Below are positions 35,301-45,619 of a stretch of 64,000 nt of DNA, piece by piece. The stretch comes from Microthyrium microscopicum (taxonomy: Eukaryota). Each line of letters begins with the position of its first letter. Within the stretch, counting starts at the first letter, position 1. The translations under genes were made by a program, and so were the position numbers. A model generated the notes under the pieces. The model was given only the letters and a program-made list of their open reading frames with translations. It was not told the origin of the DNA and made no database searches. Location: the NCBI GenBank assembly GCA_010405405.1, contig MU004246.1, positions 310,001-374,000 on the forward strand. Reading direction: 5' to 3'.

Positions 35301-38300
35301 TGCCAGATGACTTTGCGCAAATGGTTCGCCTTCAAGCTCAAGATCTGCTTGCTGGCAAGGTCGATTTGGGCGAGGATTTCAGTCACATTTCCGAGCGCGA
35401 GAAATCGCCAATCAAATGCAACGTGGAACATGATATGCTGAAAAAGCTGCTCAAGGCTCTTCATTTTGCACATTCGCTTCCAGACCTGAGAGATGAGGCT
35501 GCAGCATTTCTGACCGGACTGTGCAAGCATTTCATGATCTTGGAAGTAGGACGAACCTTTGCGATCCTTAAGCATCGGAACACTTTCAACGTTAAAGGCG
35601 GCGAAGGCCCACTTTTTATTGAAAGTAAGGTGATTGCAGATGCCATTTCCGAATCACTGTCCTCGGATTGTCCCGAGGAGCGCGAAGCTGCACAAGCGTC
35701 TATTCGCACTCTTTGGGAGTCTGCTGGTATCATCTTGGGCAACCAGGTTCATGCCAATCGCATCACCTTCTTCGTCCATTTGACGCGAAATTTCACTCAT
35801 GCCTGCCACCAGGAAGAATGGTACACCAAGATGGGCGGTGTTTTGGGTCTCAAGTCGATCGTCAAAGATATTTCCTTCTCGGACCAGTGGATGAATGAGC
35901 GACTCTCCGAGATCATGCGAGCACTTTTGTTCGTCTTGAAGGATATGTCTCCGGATCTAACAGCATCACCGCGACTGGAAGCTGAGGCCATTCTTGAGAC
36001 TGTCATTCGACGACTTGCCAAGGGGTTCAAAAAGGAAGACCTGACCGTCCAGAACAGCAAGTTCTATGCTCTCAACAAATCTCTTGTCATGGAGCTTGCG
36101 CATCCTGTCAAGTACGTGCGAGCTATGACCAAGAAACTCTACCACATACTTTCCGAGGAGCTAGAACTTTCTATTGTGGAGTTGATTCAGCCAGTTAGAG
36201 AGGGCCTTCTTCTGCCAATGTTCAACAAGCCTCTGCGAGCTTTACCTTTTGGTATTCAGATCGGATACGTGGATGCTATCAACTATCTCATGAATCTCGA
36301 TCAGGCCCTTGTACCGCATGAAGAGCCACTTAGCCGACTTATTTTGGAAGCTTTGTTCCTCGCGGACTCTGAAGATGCCTCTTTGGCTGAAAATCACAAT
36401 GAGTATCGAAAAGCAGAGAGCATTGTTCAACTGCGAGTCGGATGCATCAAACTCTTGTCAACGGTGCTTACTTATCCTGAATACCAGACAGCTCCGCCAA
36501 ATAATACGAAGAACCGGATAATCTGCGTGTTTTTCAAGGGCATCTACATGAAGTCACCGGAAGTCGTCGATGCTGCAAATAATGCTCTGAAAGGGGTCAT
36601 TTCTGTTGCCAACAAGCTTCCCAAGGATATTCTACAGAATGGATTGCGGCCTATCCTGCTTAATTTGCAGCATCCCACTAAGCTCAGTGTAGAGAGTCTA
36701 GAAGGCCTCGCCCGCTTACTGAAGCTATTGACCTTTTACTTCAAGGTTGAGATCGGGCAACGTTTGCTTGACCATACAAAAGTCTTCATGGAAGCGCCGG
36801 TCTTACAAAAAGCCTCTTTCCAATTGATCGAACAGAATCGACCAATGCAAGTTGTTGCCGCCATCATCAACATCTTCCACCTCCTTCCTCCCACCGCCAA
36901 CATGTTCCTTCCGACTCTAGTTACCAAAGTGCTTGAGCTAGAGTCGGCACTCCGTCGTACTCACATCAGCCCCTTCCGTGAGCCACTCATTCGTTACCTC
37001 AACCAATATCCCAAGGAGATGTTTGAATACATTTCTCCCTTCATGCAAGATCTCAAGCTTGGTCGCTTTTTCGGTCAGCTATTGGCGGGTCCGAAAGCAG
37101 ATGCGCTTCGAAACGCCGTCTACAGTGAGCCTGACAAGCTGGTGAAGGCCTTTGTCACACCATCAGATGCAGCCGATCGCCTCAATCGGGGCGTCAATGC
37201 CATACATATCGCATACTCCATCTCAACCCACGAAAAGACCAAAGATCTGCTAGTCAAGAGTGAGCCTCTTCGCAAGGCTTTGTTTGAGGCAGGCCAAAGC
37301 GTTGAGAAACTATTACGGGATAGCGAGAAGCCCAAGACAGCTTTTCAGTCCCAGACGCAGGTTGAACTCAGCACCAATCTTCGTCTCGCAGCCGAGCAAG
37401 CGGGAGAGCAGATTATTGATCTTCTAATGATTTACATGGAACAGGAGCCAACCAACACCGATTTCTTCTTTGAAATTGTTGACGCTGTTACATCTCAACG
37501 ACTGAAGAACCGGCCTTCCTTGATCAAATTCATCTACAAGTCCATGATCTGCTCCGAGAATATGGACTACTGCCGCACTCTGGTCCTCAAGTGCATCACT
37601 CAATTCCGCAAACCTTCAACAACGCAGCGAGTCAAAGCGTATCTCTTCAAAAATGTTGTCAATCCAATCTTTGCCATGGATGTTCAGCGAAACTGGGATT
37701 CGTTGTTCGAGCCCGACTTTAGAAACACCAAGCTTCTTGACAAGAACATGATTACCATTATCCACGAGCAACTTTGGCGGCCGTCGTCCGTTGAAGGTAA
37801 CGAGGAGATCAGTGTCTATGTCGATCATTCCCGGATGGAACTATTGCAGCTCACTGCTTTGCTCCTCAAATACTATAACCACCCCCTTCAAGAAACTCGC
37901 AAAGATATAATCAAATTTGGCTGGAATTGGATCAAATTAGAAGATGTGGTCAACAAGCATGCGGCGTATGTGGTTATCTCTTACTTCATCACATTCTACG
38001 ATACACCAGCCAAGATCTCGATGACAGTCTACCAATCATTATTAAAGGCACATCAAGCCGAAGGTAGACCGCTTGTCACGCAGGCCTTGGACTTGTTGGC
38101 TCTGGTCATCAAGAAGCGAGTTGCTACCGATCAACATAAGCTTCCACTCTGGGCTAGAATGCCAAAACGGATCATTGCTGAAGAAATCAACAATCTGCAG
38201 CAGCTCGTTTCAATCTTCAACTTCTTCTGTCGTCATCCTGATCTCTTCTACGAGGCTCGCGAGGCATTAGCTCCAGCAATCATTCCTCATCTTCAAAAGA

Positions 38301-41300
38301 TAGCATCCTCCAACAATGAAGGCAAGCGAACATCCCTGCTACTGGCTACATTAGTATGGACATGGGAAGAGCGTGGAAACTTGGAAAGTCGAACCTCTCC
38401 AACAGCATCACCATCTGGCACCAAGCGTAAGTCCGACGGATCACCCATAATCAAAGCAGATCAACTACCACCTTCAGCAACCTGTGTTGGTAATACCAGC
38501 TTGAGACTGATGCTGGTAAAGTATCTTGCGCAGTTCGCAGTAACCTTGCCAGAACGATATCCAACTCCTGCCGCGACAATTCGAGAGAAATATCCCCCTC
38601 CCGTCCTCCCCCCCGCAAAATCTAGTCCATTTTGCCAGAAAGCTGTGCATTTGCTGCGAAACTTCCTGGGCAAGGCATACTGGGCCGACCTTAATATCTT
38701 CGTGCTGGTTCCCCGTATTTGTAAGCCGATGCTAGTCACGGACAAGCAAGATGAAGAAAAAAAGGAAGCGTATGAGACGAAAATCGTGAACACGCTCCAG
38801 GTTCTCAAGGTCTTTGTTAATGCCAAGTCGAACGAGTGGATCACGGAGCATTTGTCTGAGCTTTGGACTTGCATTGAGAAACCACTCAAGATGGAAGATG
38901 CGCAGATTCAGGATTGTCTGCACAGTGAAGGTGACGACTCAGACAAAGCTATGATCCCTCTGTTCCGACGCTTGCTGGATGTTATTCCTGAGAGCCCTGC
39001 AATGGAGCCTGATGATGACAAGGATGAGTCGCCTGGCACGCAGTTCATGACATCCGTCAACTCGATTGTCACGGATGCACTTGAGAAGAACAACCTGATC
39101 TGTGGCATCAATATATTGTCCACGATTTGCAAGATTAGACCGAAGGATGTTGATCAGCATGTTCCTGCCTTGACCAAGGTTTTCAATACGACCGGCAAAC
39201 TGCTCAAGGACCATATCCTGGCAAATCCTGTGCAAACTCCAGTGCCTGTTAGACAGGACTCTACGTCAGTCATGGAAGCTTATGACAATGAAGTACAGAC
39301 CGGAATCTTGCTAAAGACCATCGATATCATGGCCGCGCGCATGGAGAGCCTAGGCGAACAACGTCGACCATTCCTCACCACACTAGCCACGCTTCTCGAG
39401 CGGAGTCGCAGCGAGCCTGTGTGGAACAAGGTTCTCGATCTTGCCCAAGGATGGGTATTCAATAACGATGTTCTCCCAACTCTTAAGGAGAAGGTTGCTG
39501 TTCTCAGTAAAATGCTCATGGCAGAACAACGACCCGACATGCAGGATATTCTCCAGCGGTTCTTCCAGCTTGTCCTTAAAGTCTATGAGGATCAACGTGT
39601 TACTCGCACGGAACTCACTGTTAGACTCGAGCAATCGTTCTTGGTGGGCTGTCGGTCGTCGAATGTGGACATTCGGAATAAGTTTTTAGGTATCTTTGAT
39701 CGACATATTAGTCCGTCGCCGAATACTCGATTGAACCATGTTCTTTGCGATCAGGACTGGAATGTGCTGCAAGAGAGCTTTTGGTTGTCGCAGGTCATAC
39801 ATCTTCTGTTCGGTTCGCTCGATATGAATGCTCCTGTTCAACTCGACAAGGAGGACTTCAAGACTATGTCCGCTCTCTCATACTTTGGTCCCTTTGCTAA
39901 GGATTCGAGATTGAGCGATGTTATGGTGGATGATAAGCTAGAGGAATTCATGGCCGATCACAAATCGTTCTGCAACGAGATCTCCGAAGTCAAATTGCGG
40001 GATATCATGGATCCTCTCAATCAACTCCAACACGTCGACCGCGAGCTTGCATCAAGCATCTGGATTGCCTTGTTCCCGATCTTCTGGGCAAACATACCCA
40101 AGGATGAACGTCGTGAATATGAGAGTAGCATAGCTCAACTATTGGCAAGAGACTTCCACATGAGACAGCTCGACCAACGACCAAACTGTATTCAAACCCT
40201 TCTGGAAGGTCTGGTTCGCGCAAAGCCACGGTTCAAGTGCCCTCCACATCTGGCAAAGTATCTTGCAAAGACTTATGATGCCTGGTATGTTGCCGCCGAC
40301 TTCTTAGAAGAGGCGGCAAACTCGCCACTTGTAGATACTCCTGCTGTCCGTGAAAGCACTCTCGATGCTTTACTGGACATCTACTCCAGTTTGGAAGAAA
40401 CGGATATGTTCTATGGTACTTGGCGCCGACGATGTCAGTATGTTGAAAGCAATGCCGCCCTGTCCTATGAGCAACTTGGCATGTGGGAGAAGGCCCAGCG
40501 CATGTACGAACAGGCACAAGTCAAGGCCCGAACTGGAGCACTGCCTTTCTCACAGAGCGAATACATGCTATGGGAAGATCACTTCGTAATCTGCAGCCAA
40601 AAGCTGCAACAGTGGGATGTCCTCGCCGATTTTGCCAAGCATGAGAACTTTAACGATCTGTACATCGAGGCAATGTGGCGCAATCCAGATACGTGGGTTT
40701 CGACCAACGAACGCGAACAGTTTGACAGTATGATCAAGGCTGTCAGCGATGCGTTGACACCCCGTAGAGCATTCTTCCAAGCTTTCATGGCATTCCTCAA
40801 GATGCACTACAAGGTCGGCGGTGCAGACAATCAAGGACCTCAAGAATTTAGCAAGTCCCTTGATGAGGCTATCCAGATCACCGTCCGCAAATGGCATCAA
40901 CTACCGAAGCGAATCACCAATGCACATATCCCACTTCTGCAGCAGTTTCAACATATTATTGAGCTGATGGACGCTCAGAATGTGTCGAATGTGCTCGCTC
41001 AGACCAACCTTGCCAACTTGGATCAGAAGTCCAACGAACTTAAGTTGCTCTTCCAGCAATGGCGCGATCGACTGCCCAACTTTTGGGACGACATCAATAC
41101 ATGGCAAGACATCGTCACCTGGCGTATGCACATTTTCACTCTTGTCAATAACCAGTTTTTGCCTATAATACAGTCCAATAACCCACCAAACTCAGCAAAT
41201 CCGTCAAACCAGAACTCTCATGCTTATAGAGGTTATCACGAAATGGCGTGGATCATAAATCGATTCGCCCATGTCGCACGCCTGCACAATCTGCATGATG

Positions 41301-43921
41301 TTTGCATCACTCATCTTGGCAAAATCTACACTCTGCCAAACATAGAAATTCATGAGGCGTTCTTGAAGCTGAGAGAGCAAGCCAAATGCTACTATCAACG
41401 GAAAACTGATCTTGACAACGGTCTAGAAGTGATCAACAATACTAATATGAATTACTTCGGCAATAGTCAAAAGGCTCAATTCTTCACCCTGAAGGGCATG
41501 TTTCTTAACAAACTCGGCCAGAAGTCGGAAGCCAACGAGGCCTTTGGAAGCGCGCTTTATTATGAGATTAAGCTTCCCAAAGCCTGGTCTGAATGGGGTC
41601 GTTACAACGATCAAATGTTCAAAGAAGATCCTCGTGACATCAGCAAAGCTAGTGCCGCTGTCTCTTGTTACTTGGAAGCTGCTGCTCTATACAAGAGTAA
41701 ACGATCTCGAAAGCTGCTTAGTCGCATACTCTGGCTCCTCTCCCTCGATACTCCAGAACGAGTGGTGGCCAAGTCAATGCAGGATTATAAAGGCGAGCAT
41801 CCCATCTGGTACTGGATCCAGTTCGTTCCACAACTTCTTCTGGGACTTAATCGGCCTGAAGCTGCCATTGCTCGAGGTTTGCTCAACAAGATTGCCAAGA
41901 CCTTTCCACAAGCTCTCTTTTTCCAATTGCGCACTACCAAGGAAGACATGATCCAGATTCGGCGAACTCAGGAAATGCGAGAGAACAAGGAGAAGGAATT
42001 GAAGGCTGCAAAGGATGCAAAGGCTGCTCAACAAGGCTCTCCAGCTCAAGGAAATCAAAGCTCGCCAAAGCAGAATGGAGAGACCACGCCATCTAAGCAA
42101 GCGATTGCTGCAAATGGTGCGAATGGCACTCCGGCTGATGAAGACAAAAATAGTGCTACGCCAAATAGTGCTCCACGAAACCCCAGAAGCCCACAGCCCA
42201 AGGTTGAGAATGGTGAAACTGCTCTCGCTACTGCAAATGGCACTCCATCCACTTCGACATCGGAGACTCAACTCAAGCCATGGGAACATGCAGACCAGAT
42301 TATGAATCTTCTCAAGGCACAGTTCCCTCTTCTCGCTTGGTCAATGGAATCGATGGTCGACCAGATTACCAAGTACTTCAAATCCAACCTCGACGAAGAT
42401 GCCCATCGACTAATCAACGCCCTTCTCACCGACGGATTGTCGTACATCACTCGCCAGCCCGGCATCTACAGTCAAGATAACAAGCTGCCCGATACGACGG
42501 AAGCCAATATCAAGAAGTTTACTGAAAACATCTGCCCGACTCACATCCGCAAATACTTCGAAGCAGACTTTGTCAGTGTCAAACCAACTATGTACGAGTA
42601 CATCCAACGGCTTCGAAAATGGCGTAATCGTTTCGAAGAGCGACTTGATCGACGACCTTCGCCGATACCTCTCGAAACCATCTCGCAGCACCTCAGCGAA
42701 TTCCGCTTCCTCAGACTTAATGATGTCGAGGTGCCGGGTCAGTATTTGCTTCACAAAGATAAGCAGGGCGACTTTGTTAAGATTGAGCGATTCATGGCAG
42801 ACGTTGATCTCGTTCGCGGACCGCAAGCTTCTCACAAGCGACTGAAGATTCGAGGTCATGATGGTTCTATTCATGCTTTTGGTGTCTACCATCCCACCAA
42901 CCGTCATTGTCGACGCGAAGAACGAGTGATACAATTATTCCGCATCTTCAACGACACTCTGGCGAAGCGAAGAGAGACACGGCGACGTAATCTGCAGTTC
43001 AATCTGCCATTGATGATTCCCTTTTCTCCAAGCGCTCGTCTGGTAACAGATGACGGTGGTTATACAAGTCTTCAAGGCGTGTATGATGATTGGTGCCGTA
43101 AAAACAGCGTTATGAAAGAAGATCCCATTCTATTCCAGATTGAGAAGCTTCGGGCCCTCAATCCAGTAGGTTCATCAAATGCCCTGGCTAATGACCAATC
43201 TAACAATAAACAGAAGTCTATCGATCAAATGAACGCCATCCGTCTCGAATCTTTCCTCGCCATCACTGAAAACATGGTGCCTAACACGGTCGCCCTCGAG
43301 TACTTCCAAGCCACCTATCCATCTTTCGAAGACTTCTGGCTTTTCCGCCGCACCTTTGCGTATCAATTCGCTGCGCTTACTTTCATCAACTACATTCTCT
43401 TCATGAATCAACGCACGCCTCTCAAACTCATGATTTCGAGATCTACCGGCAAGGTTTGGGGCTCGGAAAGTGTATCTATGATGGGCGCGCAACGTCCTCT
43501 CTTTAATAACCCTGAGGCGGTCGCCTTCCGACTCACGCCAAACATCCAGATGCTCATGGGTCCCATTGTTAGCGAGGGCATCTTTGCGCCCTCACTGATG
43601 GCTATTGCGCGCGCTCTCATGAATGATGCCGATGATGGTGGACAGGATATGGCGAGCCAGTTGTCGGTGTTCATACGCGATGAGGTCACATTCTGGTTCA
43701 GTGCACAACGCGGAGCGAGCAATAACCAGCTTGATACGAGTATTCTTCGAGAAGCGGTTCAGCTCAATACCGAGGCGGTCATGCGGAGAGTACGTGGGCT
43801 GGCGGAGGAGCCGAAGGCGGGTAATCTGCCGGCGAATCAGAGTGTGGTTGATCTGATTTCGACGAGTGTTAATCCCAGAACGTTGAGCCAGATGGACTTT
43901 TTGTGGTGCCCTTGGCTCTGA
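32318..43921 (+). CDS. TRA1: Transcription-associated protein 1 (TRRAP/Tra1, PIKK pseudokinase of SAGA/NuA4)
   Basis: ~3850 aa. HEAT region with [34 protein letters not shown]; FAT domain; PI3K-like domain ([22 protein letters not shown]); FATC ending MDFLWCPWL. Probable in-frame intron 43166-43213. Confidence 0.97.
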   Translation: [3867 protein letters not shown]

Positions 43922-44102
43922 GAGGGTGGTGGTTGTGGTGATGAAGGTTCTTCTTTTCATGTTTGTATGATGAATATCATTTATTGGGGCCGTTGGCACG
44001 GGACTGCTGACGATGGTGGAAAAGCAATGATGTCAAGCTTTATTTATAGCTTCTTTTGTATGTATCTATTAATTCATGTTGTCGTATTTTTCGTCGTGAT
44101 GT

Positions 44103-44921
44103 TTATGCTCTCGCGAGCTCTTTGATGGTTTTGATGGCTGCAGTCGCTTCGCCCATGTCATCGTATAAAGTCATAATCTTCACCACGCGTCCATTGCCTT
44201 TGGTAGAAAGACTTTTCGCCTGCTTCAATGCTGTCCCAAGATCGATCAGTAAAGTCTGCCGTATTTTTCGCATCCTCTCCTCCAGTTTCGCTAGAAATGG
44301 CTGCGTCGAGCCACCCAATCGCTCGATTTGATTCCGTGTACTGACATATCCATGCACGAGCCGTCTTAGTCGTCCCAGTCCTACCAACGCCGTCGTCCCT
44401 TCAGTCTCGTCCTCTTCACTCTCATCCTCCTCATCCTCCTCTTCCTCACTCCAAACCTCCTCCTTCTCTCCACCCAACGCCAACGCACCCTCTAACTCTC
44501 CCACCCGTTCTCCCACGCTCAACAAAGCCCTCGCAAACCTAACTTCTCTTCCTACCTTCCTCCGTTCCCCTACTAATCTCTTCACCTCGCTTTCCCGTTC
44601 CCTCACACCATCTCGCAATGCCTCCAATCCTTTCACATAGCCCAGCACACCAACCCGCACTTCCGTGATTTTATCGCCGCCCCCTTGTAGGTCAGCGCCT
44701 AGCGCAAGGAAGGAAGTGTATTCTGCGTTAACGAGCGCTTCGAGTTCGCTGGATATTTGGGCTGAGCGTGTAGCGAGTTCGGCGCGTAAGTCGGCGAGTG
44801 TTTGATGGCGGGTTGTAAGGGTTGTGAGGAGGGCGGCGGGGGAGAAGTTTGGGGTCAAAAATGATGGGCGTGGTAAGGGAGTGGGAAAGGGGAGGTCGGT
44901 TTCTGAGTCGGAGGATGTCAT
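44103..44921 (-). CDS. COG2: Conserved oligomeric Golgi complex subunit 2
   Basis: LPFPTPLPRPSFLTPNFSPAALL...RHQTLADLRAEL...LVNAEYTSFLALG N-terminal COG2 signature, followed by coiled coil. Confidence 0.88.
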   Translation of the reverse strand: MTSSDSETDLPFPTPLPRPSFLTPNFSPAALLTTLTTRHQTLADLRAELATRSAQISSELEALVNAEYTSFLALGADLQGGGDKITEVRVGVLGYVKGLEALRDGVRERESEVKRLVGERRKVGREVRFARALLSVGERVGELEGALALGGEKEEVWSEEEEDEEDESEEDETEGTTALVGLGRLRRLVHGYVSTRNQIERLGGSTQPFLAKLEERMRKIRQTLLIDLGTALKQAKSLSTKGNGRVVKIMTLYDDMGEATAAIKTIKELARA

Positions 44922-45619
44922 TGTTTATCTTGGTCTTTGGCTTGGTGATGGCGTTGGTGTTTTGGAAATTCATCATGCACTGATGCAGGAGGTACGGTAT
45001 GTGGAGCTAGGCTGGTTTAGGAAGGTGTCTAAATCAACCACCATTTTTCCTCGCTGGGACTTGCGGGTCGAACTTGGACTCCAGTCTACGCGTAAAGCTC
45101 TTTCGGTGCTTCAGGATATTAGCAATATCTTTGATGGCAGTAGAGTTGAATGGATTTGTTTTCACATTCAATGAAAATTATCGGATTGACACGATATGAT
45201 GATCGAGTCTTTCTTTTTTGACCGGTCGATAGCATAGCCTCACCAGGCTGAGGCTGTGCTTAAAAGGTCATGCAAAGAGGTTACTCGGCGCTTCCAAGTG
45301 CTTTAGAAGGCCTGGGAGCGCTGTCTGTTCTGGGATGTACATCTCGTACTCTTGATATCTTTGTAGATTGGCTTCAACCTATTTAGTTCTCTTGGATGTT
45401 GTAAGTTGACACTTCACCTTCTGAAAGCTCGAGTTTGTGACTAACAGAAACGTGGAAGAATTTCCCGCTTTAGCTTTGAGGTTACCAAAGCTATTCTGAA
45501 AGATAGTACACACGACTGATCAAACTGATCAGCTACGAACGCAGTCAACTTGCCGTCACTGCTCAATATATTGATCTTACGTAGGCCAGGACTTGATAAA
45601 CGATAGGCCAGCCATCAAT

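Noticed and set aside
33232..43999. Many antisense and alternate-frame ORFs within TRA1 (likewise within catalase, DUF2264 and UGD)
   Set aside because: Shadow ORFs of long coding sequences with no recognisable motifs.
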